Position numbers and translations under genes: made by a program. Below are positions 12,344-24,610 of a stretch of DNA of 64,000 nt, piece by piece. The stretch is from assembly GCF_001194135.2 (NCBI RefSeq), contig NC_068983.1:124576246-124640245 (forward strand). The letters are read 5' to 3'. The notes beneath the pieces were generated by a model. That model worked only from the letters and a program-made list of their open reading frames with translations. It had not been told where the DNA came from and did no database searches. The stretch's first letter is position 1, and each line of letters opens with the position of its first letter. The DNA comes from Octopus bimaculoides. Taxonomy: Eukaryota.

Positions 12344-15300
12344 CATACACTCACATATAAACATGGAGATTAGATTTACTGTGCTTGGAAGATAATCAAT
12401 TTTGGTGAAATGAAGAAATTATTTTTTCTATATAATGTTGTTTTCATGCCAAGAACAACAATGCACCGAAGAGTTCCATTCAATTCAGTGTGGTTACTTT
12501 TTGATGTGACCTGCATTTATTGATTGATTATAGCTTCTTGAAATATGATTGTTTTGTAACTGGACGTCGGAAGAGAATCTTATTCTATACATCAAATTGT
12601 TAATCCGTTGTTCTAGAAGAACCATCGTTGTTGCAGATATTCTTTCTGCAATTCTGAACATGTGTTTGTGTATCGTTGTTGTTATTAATATGCAGTATGA
12701 TGAATTCATGTCTATTGAACATAATATTTCTTGCTCAGTAACCATGAGTACATAAATGTTAAACAAGATTGTTATCTTCAACTAAGAAAGTTATAGCTTA
12801 GAAGGAAAAAAATATTTGGTTAATCAGTTACACAATATAGTTAGTTGACAAAAGAATGTGGAATCCTCATAGAGTTTTAGACTTCTGAAAATGTCATCTC
12901 AATGCTGAATGGACAGAGGTTTAGTGAGGAATATTACATGTGATATAAACGAAATAAAACCCATAGATTACAAAAGATTTATTATTTTTAAACAAATGTC
13001 AATAATATCTGTGTATAGTCTTCCCATGGTCATGCCATCTTGGCAGTGTGTTTGTGTGCCTTTATACGTCTTCCTCAATGCATATGTTGTTTTCGTTTTA
13101 CAAAATCTTGCCTCTCCTTCTTTATGCGTGTTATTACCTGTTTGCTTTTACATGCATAAATATTCTAAAACGTTTATCTATATTCATTCAAGCCCCTAGT
13201 GTATCTCTCACTTTGTTTTCGGGAAAATAAGTTCGTGAGTGTACCTGTGAAAGAGAGACGATTGAATAAAGATATGGAGATGTCACCATATCAGCAGAAC
13301 CGTAGAAGAGCGACTCCAGGGTTAGCAATAAGAATTTGTTAGTTAATGACTTTATACTTATGTCGGATGCAATACTTCATTGTAGATCTTATTAGTAGCT
13401 ATTTAAAGCTAAGATATTTCTTGTCCTGTAAATAACATCAACCTTTGCCATTGTGTGTATATATCGTCAAGAGATTGATCCTCGATGTTGGTATGTTATA
13501 ACAATTGTAGTCCTATTTAAATGCTGTTCCTATCTATGGAGATAAGTAAATTTAGTATTAAAAGTCCTTTACAAAATTTATGAGAGTCAAAATAACATTT
13601 TTCTTGTGTCTTTACGTAAGTGCATATAGCTTGAGAAAACTACCATTGTCGAGCCACAACTGAATTAATCTGTTTTTCGTCTTTAAATTGCGCATCTGAA
13701 ATGTATAATTTCTGAAGCACAACTTGATTTTCATCTCTAGCTTGGTTTAACCATTGCCGACAGTTCATCAAAAAAACTAAAAAAACAACAAAAGAAAAAA
13801 AAATAACAAAAAGATAGATCAAACAAGCAAATGAATACGAGTGATTGCACTAGTCTGTTGTAAACTCTTGGAGATTTGCAATTGCTTAGTGGAGAAATAG
13901 ATTTCTTTTAGACTAGGAAAAGTTAGGTCAGTTTTGCATTGAGGATATTTCATTCTACATATTATTTTATCTTGAATGTTTTTTAAAAAATACTTTTCTT
14001 CTTTGTCGGTCTCGAGCTTTTTATATATTTCCGGTCCCTGTCTGATCTGGTATAAAATCAGAATTAGTTTACATCAAGTGGTTCATGGAGCTTGGCAACC
14101 TTGGTGACACCCGTTAGGATATAGGTGCAATTGGCTCTGGCGTTCAGTCCATCTTTGGCAGGTTTGCTTTTCCAATCTTGCTAGGTGTCCACATGCCCTC
14201 TTACTGAACACGTCCAGCTAGAGGGTCAGTTTCGTTGTAGATGGCTCGGTCATTTTGTAGGTAGAATTGGACATCAGTAGAAGATTTCCATCAATGTGTG
14301 ATGAAATTAGCTCTGACTCGACAATAATCTATCCATGAGAGAAATAATGTGTTTGTTGCCATCTGTTGTACATGCAACGACAAAATCGCAGTAAAAGTGG
14401 AATATGATGATCGCCAGGTAAAGTTGATAAGCGTCAAGAAATTAACAAGAACAAAATGGTATAAAACAGGTCGGCTGGTTGCTGGGAAAGTAGAAGAAAT
14501 GTTGTTGCTTCACTTGCAGTACAAGTTAGGCTTTAGAGTTTGATGTTATTTATTGCTTTATAAACACTTGATATTTCCGCCATACTCTGCAATGATCTGG
14601 TCTTGTCTGGGTGTATGGTTATATGATGTATCGCTGAAACAGTAAAAATATACTTGACCTCTATATTTTCATAACCTCCGTTTTATATGTAAGACGTTTT
14701 CCTCAACAGTCGCTTAAAATGTTAAATCTATTCTGCGGCAACGGAAAGTTGAAGTTGAAGATTTATAACCAAAATGTGATATATAAGAAGTATACGAAAC
14801 AGAATTACAAAATTCGAATATTTGCAGCTCGGTACATCCGACATAATAAAGTCTGGTATATACGACAACCGTAGGATAACTGATTCTTTATCTTATTTCA
14901 TGTTGTACCTTCTCACTTTTCCTTTTTAATTATTATGAGATTGTTTCATTATAATTGTTCTTTCTGTGCTATTAGATATATTCATGTAAAGAATGTAAAA
15001 TAAGATATAATTGTATTAAGTTTCACATAAGTGCGTATGTTCTTTCTCATATTAACTGTGTGTTCATTCTCTTGCTTATTACTGTCGCACTTCCTATAGG
15101 CATGACTTTTTCATTATATTTTCAATTTTCTTTTAAACTGCGAAGCATCGAACAATTTCACAGCTTTAAGCTTCTTGCAATGATTTCGATAAAAAAGTAC
15201 GTCTTTCTTAATTGAATGTAGGGAAATTTTTTCTGAAAAAACCCCAAACAAACAAACAAACAAAATCAAACAAAAACAAAGAAAAAAAAGGCAAAAATAG

Positions 15301-15814
15301 AGATTGATTTAGTAAGATTAAATACGAGAGAAAAATGTCCTTAACGGTGCATATTCAATTACAAGAAAAAAAAGTAACTTTTATATATAATCCCCTGTTA
15401 AAATCACAAATTTCTTTTATAGAATTCACTGCAGATATACAGATATTAGAAGAACGAAACGTGACTTACCTTAGGAATCAAACTTCATGAAAAAACTGAA
15501 ATTTCCTCAAAAATGTAAATAGACAATTATCGGGAGAATTCAACGAATATGCATTACATTTGATATGAAAAACGTCATACGCATGTAAAAAAATGATAAA
15601 AGACCCGTTTTATATATTTGGTCAACATGTTTCTAACTGCAACCATTTACATGAAAACATTTATTTATTTATTTATTTCTAAAATACTGTATTATTTTAG
15701 AGAATATGAATAATTCGTTGAACGTCGTCAAGTTCACACCTAATTGCAATTGTCTCCCGATTCGATTTCCATTTTTGTTCCTTTGGAATCGATAAGAAGC
15801 AGTAGTCATTGATT

Positions 15815-16115
15815 GTGGAGGCGCAATGGCCCAGTGGTTGGGGAAGCAGACTCGCGGTCGGAGAATCGCGGTTTCGATTTCCAGACCGGACTTTGTGTGT
15901 GTGTTTTTGAGCGAAAACATCTAAAGATCTACGAGGTTCTGGCAGGAGTGGTGGCGACCTCTGTAGTACTCTTTCGCCTCAACTTTCTCTCACTCTTTCT
16001 TCCTGCCCCCCCCCCCCCCCNNNNNNNNNNGGGGGGGGGGGGGAGACATACGCCATAGAAACCGGGCCCATTAGCCTGGTAAGGCTTTAAAAGGAAGCAT
16101 AAATAAATAAAATAC
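15815..16115 (+). mobile_element. tRNA-derived SINE (family B head) with an alternative 3' tail
   Basis: A box TGGCCCAGTGG, B box GGTTTCGATTTCC, 10-bp TSD GTCATTGATT on both sides, (AAAT)n tail. Confidence 0.85.
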
Positions 16116-16224
16116 GTCATTGATTGAGTGATTTACTTTTCGCATTAGTTTATGGTATATCCAATCAAGAAATCAATATTATTCTTATTCCAAGTACAAC
16201 GGTGATTATACTGGGATTTCCTAA

Positions 16225-16440
16225 TTGACAGCTGTTGCTGTTTAGCCCCAGTACAGCTCCCGTTCAACAGGACTATATCAAAGGCGTTCTAGACGGTACT
16301 GTCCTATCATGGTGTTGAACAGTGTATCTAGGACTATATCCTTATTTGTAATAATTTAACAGTATATCTTGGACTATGTCCTTATTTGTAATAATTTGGG
16401 TAAGATTTGAGGGAGAATTAACTGTTATTTCTCAAGTCTT
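16225..16440 (-). mobile_element. Degenerate SINE-like repeat with an internal ~40-bp tandem duplication
   Basis: Related fragment in opposite orientation near 35540-35600; the segment AACAGT.TATCT.GGACTAT.TCCTTATTTGTAATAATTT occurs twice. Confidence 0.45.
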
Positions 16441-16494
16441 TATATGATCGAGTGGTCAAAAATGTGCAGCCTATCCATGATTGGTCTTAACCGC

Positions 16495-16652
16495 AGGCGG
16501 GGTGCAGAAGTAGCTGTGTGGTAAGAATTTTGCTTCCCAACCACATGGATCCGGGTTTAGTTCCACCGTATGGCACCTTGGGCCGACCAAAACTTCGTGA
16601 GAGATTTGGTGAACGGAAACTGAAAGAAGCCCGGCATACATACATACATATA
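16495..16652 (+). mobile_element. SINE family A copy with CATA/TA tail
   Basis: GCTGTGTGGTAAG...GGCACCTTGGGC...GGAAACTGAAAGAAGCCCG. Confidence 0.8.
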
Positions 16653-17400
16653 CAGGGGATGGACAAAATAATAGAAACACCTTAGAATTTCAAACAAATT
16701 TATTTTAATATGGGGTAAGACCGCCTTTGGCAATAATTACAGCTTGAATTCTACGAAGTATGGACTCGTACAAAGTTTGAATTGTTTCCAAAGGAATTTT
16801 TGTCCATTCTTCAGCTAAAACTGTCTCCAGTTCTAGTAGTGATGATGGTAGCGAATATCGAGTCCTTACTTGTTTTTCTAAAATGCACTATAAATGTTCA
16901 ATAATATTGATATCTGAGGACTGTGGTGGCCAGATAAGATGTTCAACTTCACTAGCATCTTCCTCGTGCCATTCAGTAACAACTTTAGCTGTGTGAATTG
17001 GTGCATTATCATCCTGAAAGATTGGGCTTCCCTCCAGAAACAGTTCCGTAACCATAGGATGTATTTAATCAGATAAAATGCTTAAATAGTCTTGACTATT
17101 AATCTGCTATTAAGGGAAAGCATTGGACCAGCGGATTTCCAATATATAGCCCCGCCCGAGATCATCACAAATCCTCCTCCATCTTTAACATCTGAAAGAA
17201 GGCAGTCTGGGTCAAATACTTCTTTTGGCAGTCTCCACACGTATACTCGGCCGGTGGTCAGGAATAAGGTAAAAGTTGACTCGTCCGCGAAAATAACAGT
17301 CGTTTACTGCTCTAGGGACCAATTCTGTAGGTTTTTACTCCACTCTAAACGCTTTGCAACGTTTGTTTTTGAAAGTAGTGGTTTCTTGATTCCGTAAATG
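16653..17400 (-). mobile_element. Tc1-like transposon (DD36E family) copy B, 3' half with TIR
   Basis: TA|CAGGGGATGGACAAAATAATAGAAACACCT TIR; minus-strand FQDDNAPIHTAKVVTEWHEEDASEVEHLIWPPQSSDINIIEHL...AKGGLTPY*. Confidence 0.95.
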
Positions 17401-18731
17401 AGGACTCCTTCTTCAACACCACTCTGGAAGATTCTTGTTTGCAGGTGGGGCACAATCACACCCACCAAATAAGTGTTGGTGTTTCTAAACACTACCATTA
17501 CCGCTTCAGTTCTTTTTCTTTCCTTTACGCTCTATCAGTTTTTCAGCTGTGGCCTTTCTAGCCACCTTTGGGATTTTCTTTTCCCTTTTTGGGAGGAGTT
17601 TATTTTTTTCCGGTGTTATCGCTTTTGGTTTTTTTCTTGAGACCACCTGGAAATCCATTTCGCCACCCTCTTCCTGGGCCGCCGCCCCGTCGCTGCTGGT
17701 GGTAGCACCCTGGTTAATGGTCTCCCTGGCCAGGGCTACCACCTGCTCCTCACTGGTTATTTTTTTCTGGTGGTAGCACTCTGGGTAATGGCCTCCTTGG
17801 TCGGGGCTACCACCTTCTCATTATTTGTTACATCTTTGTTATTACTGGTGGTAGCCTTCTGGATAATGGCCTCCTTGGCCGAGGCTACCACCTTCTCGTT
17901 GTTGGTCACACTGCTGGTGGTAGCCTCTTTGGCCGGGGCTACCACTTTTGCCACTTTCTCGTTGGTGGGGAGAACGTCCTTCTTCCCACTTACCACCTTT
18001 TTCTTGGGAGGCCCACACTCGGCCCTCTGATGTCCCTTCCTTCCGCTCCGGAAGCACCGAGGTTTTCTCTCTTTCACATTTATAATTAAGGCTGCCTCCT
18101 CTGCAACCTGTATTCTATCGGGGAGCTCTTCTAAATATTCAGGTGTAGCCTGTACAAAGACTTCCAAAGATTATCTTCTCCATTTCCAGAAGACATATCT
18201 TTTTTATCTGGATTACCTCTAGTTTTTCTTCTCTATTGAAGAGGAGCATGGCAACAACCCATGCTACCTCAACATCAGGAGGGATATTCATGATTTTTAC
18301 CCGGGACGTCCTGCGTCCCAGATATAATGGTAACAATGCCATTTTGTCATTCTGTAAGGTCCGAGCGGAATATTCCTTAGCCTTTTCAGCCAACTCGGAC
18401 CTTGCTTCGACTGTTGCGTACTTGTTACCTCGCATCAGGAAGGCAATATCCTTCATTACCGACCCGAGGCACTCTTCTATATCTTCCTCCTCGAACCGTA
18501 TCACTTCTGGTTTTTCAAGTAGAAAGTTTTGTAGATTACGGTTCTTTCCCGTCTGCAGCTAGTATTTCAGGTGGGGGGTGGGGAATTTACTTTCCCCGTC
18601 GCTTTCTGTTATTTTACCAAACAAAAGTTGAATTTCAGCCTTTTCAAAGTAATAATTTCCTGTTGTTGACCAACAGCAGCGGCGTAATTCATAGTGATCG
18701 TCGTGGCTACTGCTTCCGCAGTTGACGCCAT
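17400..18731 (-). mobile_element. Non-LTR retrotransposon ORF1 (gag-like, Tx1/L1-like), frameshifted
   Basis: ATG at 18731 (MASTAEAVATT...); RRTSRVKIMNIPP; degenerate CCHC knuckle CFRSGRKGHQRAEC; K/A/T-rich repetitive C-terminus. Clade assignment is inferred. Confidence 0.7.
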
Positions 18732-20266
18732 ACTGGCACTCAAAATTTATAAGTTCCCTCTACAACGAGGTAAATAAATTCCCAGTTTATACAAATCCCT
18801 CCCTCGTGGGGTAGGTAACAACAACGATAGTTCAAGCCATTAATTAACTACCTAACGGCTACAACAGTAGAACAATAACAATGAGTCCTGCAACAGGTAA
18901 CAATTAATCAAATTTACTTACAAACTTCAAACGTAGTTCCAATAAAAAATACAGATAATTGTAGAAAAAGTGAAAAATATCAATTTTAATTTATCGATGC
19001 ATTTGGGCAAATCTATGTCTGTACTATCAGACAATTGCGAAGAAAATGCTTAAAAACAATTTCAGAATTGTAAAAATCCGGTACAAATTCTTCATGGTTC
19101 GAAACGTTGCTTAATATTTACTCAACCTGATTTATAGTTTACAGTCGTATACAGTTAAAATCAACTACCCACTCAGAATATTTTAATCTTAAAAGGACAC
19201 AAAAGTCGAAGTCGACATCAACTACAACTCGACAGACATTAAACAATACTTACCATGTCACCCAAAATACATGACATAAAAACCGTTTAACTTAGAAAGA
19301 AAATTATGTTCAGTTGTTTCAAATTTTGAAACTCAGATTAAAAGACTCCATGGATTAAAATGATGAATAGTACTTGACAGACAATACACAAAGTTGTTAT
19401 TTGATTATGTTACAAAAGGTGCGACATACAAACAAAGCAAATTAAAAATAACACCCAAGCATCTGTCTTACAGTACAATACACAACGCTGAAATAAGAAA
19501 CATACAATATTATCATAAAAAAAAACATTCCATTATTAGCGTTACACTTCCAAATAAAAAAAATAAACACTTGAGATATATAGAAAAAAAGAGAGAAAAG
19601 ATAACCAATATCCGTAAAAGAATCACCTGTGCCAAATAAAACAAATGATAAAAAACCGTGTGTGTTCGCTGTTGCTAAGGGTGCCTGAATCAACTTTTTA
19701 TTAGAAAATATCATTCAATCAAGACATATTTTCAATGTAAGAGATCACATTACTTGTTTTGTAAGAAAAAGTACTTTTTGATACCGGTGCAACAAACAAA
19801 TAACAAAATTTCTAAGTCTTGACCCTTTTCTGTTGTTCTGACAAAGAAGTGTTCAATTTCGGACAAATAAAGGCAATATTTTTATTAAATGATACAAACC
19901 ACTATTAAATTAAGCAGCAAGACATATCAAATAATTCACCGAATAATAAACAATTTGAACCACGGATTGTTATGTATTTGGATGTTAACATTCATCTGGT
20001 TCACACTCACATATATACTTACATACAAATACATAACAATTGACACTCAAACGCAACAAACCTATTTCTCTATTTTTAGCTATTGTGATAATCCGTGGTT
20101 CAAACTGTTAGAGAAAACATTAAAACTTAATTGCTGTAGTAATCTAGCGATACGAGAATGAAGACTGCTAATTGGATAATGATGTTATTTGAATTCTGGG
20201 TGTAAAATAACATAAGGTGTTTTGTCCACACTTTAACCGATTCCGCCAATGAACCTTCATCTATAT

Positions 20267-20480
20267 CAGTTGTTCTCAACTGACGTGTATTTGGCTCTTT
20301 GGGGTCCATATAAGATTTTGCTGTTAAAATTTATGTGCCAGAAATTGGTTATAATTTATGATCCGCAAAATAGTTTAACAATTTTTTTCTTTGGAATTCT
20401 GAATAATATTTATAAAAATATTATAGGAGTTTTGAAAATATCGAATGTTCCATAAGAAAAAGAATGGTTGAGAATCGCTG
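20267..20480. mobile_element. hAT (Charlie-like) MITE
   Basis: TIRs CAGTTGTTCTCAAC / GTTGAGAATCGCTG; 8-bp TSD ATCTATAT / GTCTATAT. Confidence 0.85.
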
Positions 20481-20785
20481 GTCTATATGATCATGATTTC
20501 TAACTGATTCATACGCCTTCATATTTTATGGAGGAACTTTTTTTTTAGATTAACATCACAAGTATTTCATCCCCCACTCTAATAATACTACTCCTCTCCA
20601 GATTCTCTGTTAAGGTAATATAACGAGCATCGACAGTATGTAGCAAAAGAGGTTGAATTCGATTTAACTATTATTCTCTTAGAAATGTATGAATATATGG
20701 TTTTGGCGAAAAGTATGAATAATATGGGAGGGAGATCATTAGTTCAATAGACGCCAGTATTTAATAAATGATTGCATTGAACCCG

Positions 20786-21161
20786 GTGGAGGCGCAATGG
20801 CCTAGTAGTTAGGGCAGCGGACTCGTGGTCATAGGATCGTGGTTTCGATTCCCAGACCGGGCATTGTGAGTGTTTATTGAGCGAAAACACCTAAAGTTCC
20901 ACGAGGCTCCGGCAGGGGATGGTGGTGAACCCTGATGTACTATTTCACCACGACTTTCTCTCATTCTTACTTCCTCTTTCTGCTGTGCCTGTAATTCAAA
21001 GGGCCAGTTGTGTGACGCTGAATATTCCTGAGAACTACGTTAAGGGTACACGTGTCTGTGGAGTGCTCAGCCACTTGCACGTTAATTTCACGAGCAGGCT
21101 GTTCCGTTGGTCGGATCAACTGGAACCCTCGACGTCGTAAGCGACGGAGTACCAACAACAA
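20786..21161 (+). mobile_element. Full-length tRNA-derived SINE family B (~375 bp)
   Basis: Pol III A and B boxes, CAA tail, 12-bp TSD GCAT(T/C)GAACCCG; near-identical to 32742(-) and 58688(+). Confidence 0.95.
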
Positions 21162-21214
21162 GCATCGAACCCGGATTGAATGAAGCTCGAATGTAATGTT
21201 TACTCTAAAACATA

Positions 21215-22062
21215 AATGTTTTGGTACAAGACCAAGAATTTTAGTGGAGGAGGTAGGTCAATTAAAGCGACCGAAGTACTGCACTGGTACTTATTTTATC
21301 GACTCTTAAAAAGAATAAACGGCAAAGTTGGCCTTAAACGCCGCAAATCATTTTGTCCGACGCGTTAACGATTCTGCAAACTCGGTGTTTTTTTATATGT
21401 AACTAATATTGATTTCAAATTCTTGCACAAGACCAGCAATGTCGGGCGCGAGAGTAAGTCAATTATTTCGACCTATTTTTTTCAACTGGTACTTATTTTA
21501 TCAACCCCCGAAAGGATGAAAGGCAAAGTTGACCTAGGCTAAATTTGAACTCTGAACGTAAAGTCAGACGAAATACCGCTAAACATTTTGACCGGCATGC
21601 TAACGATTCTGCTTGCACGCCGCCGCCTTATACATATGAAATGAATATCCTTTTCTAGTGTAGGCACAAGGACCGACATTTTTGGGAGGGAGCCAGTCGA
21701 TTAGATCAACCCCAGTAAGTAACTTGTACTTAATTTATCGACCCCGAAAGGGTGAAAGGCAAACTCGAACTCAGAACGTAAAGACGGACGAAATACCGCT
21801 AAGTATTTCGCCCGGTGTGCTAACGTTTCTTATTTCTTTACTGCTCATAAGGGGCTAAACATAGAGGGGACAAACAAGGACAGACAAACGGATTAAGTCA
21901 ATTATATCGACCCCAGTGCGTAACTGGTACTTATTTAATCGACCCCGAAAGGATGAAAGGCTAAGTCGATCTCGGCGGAATTTGAACTCAGAACGTAATG
22001 GCAGACGAAATACCGCTAAGCATTTCGTCCGCCATGCTAACGTTTCTGTCAGCTCGCCACCT
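21215..22062 (-). mobile_element. Cluster of four SINE family C copies (AAGGCGGCGAGCTGGCAGAA head), partly nested
   Basis: Repeated ACTGGTACTTATTTTATCGACCCCGAAAGGATGAAAGGCAAAGTCGACCTCGGCGGAATTTGAACTCAG cores. Confidence 0.92.
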
Positions 22063-23781
22063 TACATATGTAATGAATATTGAAAATGGAATTAGTCCTG
22101 TGCTCCACCGATCTAGGGAAAGATGGTGCCTAATTTAACGAATGATACTGACAAAGATCAATATTTTCTTTTCATATTTTAAATCAACAACCTGAAAGCT
22201 ATAGAAATATACAATTTCTTTTCAAACCATTTGAAGTCAAATCATTTCACACCATCAGAAAGAAATCGCACTCGTATGAATATTTGTATATTTGTATAAA
22301 TGGATAAATGAATATTTGTATAAAAGGTAAAAAATTGCTTTCATCGAAAGAAATGTCCTAACAATTTTCAATAAATTTACAAACAAAATTTGGTCTTGTA
22401 TTGCAAACTGTCAGTTCGAGGCACATACAAATAAACACTTACATACAAATACACTTTCGCATAACCTTACTACACGTATATATACGTGTGCGTGTGTGTG
22501 TGTTGTTTTTCAATATATATATATATATATATATATANNNNNNNNNNNNNNNNNNNNNNNNNNNNNNNNNNNNNNNNNNNNNNNNNNNNNNNNNNNNNNN
22601 NNNNNNNNNNNNNNNNNNNNNNNNNNNNNNNNNNNNNNNNNNNNNNNNNNNNNNNNNNNNNNNNNNNNNNNNNNNNNNNNNNNNNNNNNNNNNNNNNNNN
22701 NNNNNNNNNNNNNNNNNNNNNNNNNNNNNNNNNNNNNNNNNNNNNNNNNNNNNNNNNNNNNNNNNNNNNNNNNNNNNNNNNNNNNNNNNNNNNNNNNNNN
22801 NNNNNNNNNNNNNNNNNNNNNNNNNNNNNNNNNNNNNNNNNNNNNNNNNNNNNNNNNNNNNNNNNNNNNNNNNNNNNNNNNNNNNNNNNNNNNNNNNNNN
22901 NNNNNNNNNNNNNNNNNNNNNNNNNNNNNNNNNNNNNNNNNNNNNNNNNNNNNNNNNNNNNNNNNNNNNNNNNNNNNNNNNNNNNNNNNNNNNNNNNNNN
23001 NNNNNNNNNNNNNNNNNNNNNNNNNNNNNNNNNNNNNNNNNNNNNNNNNNNNNNNNNNNNNNNNNNNNNNNNNNNNNNNNNNNNNNNNNNNNNNNNNNNN
23101 NNNNNNNNNNNNNNNNNNNNNNNNNNNNNNNNNNNNNNNNNNNNNNNNNNNNNNNNNNNNNNNNNNNNNNNNNNNNNNNNNNNNNNNNNNNNNNNNNNNN
23201 NNNNNNNNNNNNNNNNNNNNNNNNNNNNNNNNNNNNNNNNNNNNNNNNNNNNNNNNNNNNNNNNNNNNNNNNNNNNNNNNNNNNNNNNNNNNNNNNNNNN
23301 NNNNNNNNNNNNNNNNNNNNNNNNNNNNNNNNNNNNNNNNNNNNNNNNNNNNNNNNNNNNNNNNNNNNNNNNNNNNNNNNNNNNNNNNNNNNNNNNNNNN
23401 NNNNNNNNNNNNNNNNNNNNNNNNNNNNNNNNNNNNNNNNNNNNNNNNNNNNNNNNNNNNNNNNNNNNNNNNNNNNNNNNNNNNNNNNNNNNNNNNNNNN
23501 NNNNNNNNNNNNNNNCTTTATATTGAACACTCAATATTTCATCTACATTCAATACTTTCTTTCATGGTGCCATCCATTTTTATTTTATTTTATTTTATAT
23601 TGTATATTGTATATCATATTATATATTGTATATTCCATATTCTATACCCCACATTAGTTCTGCAGGAATATAAATAAAACATAAAAAACAGACAGTGTTG
23701 GAACTCTTTTAAGCAAAATAATATATTCCTCTATACACAATCATACAAAACCCCCCCACCTTTTTTGTATTTATTTTTACT

Positions 23782-23825
<44 letters not shown>

Positions 23826-23954
23826 CACATATACACACACACACGTATATATATAATTAATATAAAAACGGATAAAAGAGACAAGAAAAAACAACTCGAG
23901 GACGTGGTACATGTAAAGTATTAATCAGTCGGTAACGGTAGGAATGAAAAGTTG

Positions 23955-23987
23955 TTTTACGTTTCGAGCAAAGCTCTTCTTCAGAAA
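23955..23987 (-). ncRNA. Minimal type I hammerhead ribozyme motif (intact core)
   Basis: Minus strand UUU-CUGAAGA-A-GAGC(UUU)GCUC-GAAAC-GUA|AAA: canonical core, 4-bp stem II, palindromic ACGU stem III, 3-bp stem I. Confidence 0.8.
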
Positions 23988-24092
23988 TAGGAGTCAGAGG
24001 GAAGTCCAAAAGAAAAGGAAGACGGGGGAAAAATCGCCAACACACACACACATGCACACAGACACACATACACACATTCACACATGTATATT

Positions 24093-24138
<46 letters not shown>

Positions 24139-24249
24139 ATTCAAAAAAAAGGAAAAAGACAAAAAACAAAAACAAAAAACAATAACAAAAAACAACGTGA
24201 GGACGTGATACAGATAGTGTTACTAGACGCTCGGGAAAGGAGAGAGAGA

Positions 24250-24284
24250 GTATGACGTTTCGAGCGGAGCTCTTCGTCGGAAAC
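24250..24284 (-). ncRNA. Minimal hammerhead motif, U4C variant (probably inactive)
   Basis: GUUU-CCGACGA-A-GAGC(UCC)GCUC-GAAAC-GUC|AUAC. Confidence 0.65.
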
Positions 24285-24374
24285 AGGGAAAGTTCAAAGA
24301 AGGGAAAAACGGAGGAAGAAAAAATCAGCACCGATGTCCACGAGGTTACATTGTGGAGTGTATGTATGTATGTG

Positions 24375-24378
24375 TCTG

Positions 24379-24446
<68 letters not shown>

Positions 24447-24447
24447 C

Positions 24448-24499
<52 letters not shown>

Positions 24500-24610
24500 T
24501 TATCTATCTATCTAACTGTCTATCTGCCTGTCTATCTATCAATCTATCAATCTATTTGTCTATCAATCTGTATGTTTGTCTATTTATATATCTGTCTGTC
24601 TGTCTATGTA
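24375..24610. repeat. (TCTA)n microsatellite grading into degenerate TCTG/TATG
   Basis: Direct reading. Confidence 0.95.

Larger units (their letters stand above)
23850..24355 (-). mobile_element. Two tandem PLE pseudo-LTR / retrozyme-like units, each with a hammerhead and ending in (TA)n
   Basis: Each unit is a pyrimidine-rich leader, a hammerhead, a shared ...TA.CACGTCCTC..GTTGTTTTTT tail and a TA microsatellite. Confidence 0.75.

Noticed and set aside
12494-12781. 95-aa minus-strand ORF
   Set aside because: No recognisable domain; length compatible with chance in AT-rich DNA.
14090-14330. RWLGHF motif suggesting an RTE LINE end
   Set aside because: A single short motif in heavily degraded context.
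15445-15465. GAAACGT hammerhead-like 3' core (also at ~19103)
   Set aside because: No CUGANGA box or stem I/II in register.
20786-20860. tRNA gene candidates at SINE heads
   Set aside because: A and B boxes are present, but they continue into SINE bodies with TSDs and I could not fold a complete cloverleaf.
21215-22062. CRISPR-like repeat array
   Set aside because: Repeats are ~200-bp diverged SINE copies without regular spacers, in a eukaryotic context with no cas genes.
22401-23677. Long ORFs of 260-420 aa here and at other gaps
   Set aside because: They are N-runs translated as X, not coding sequence.
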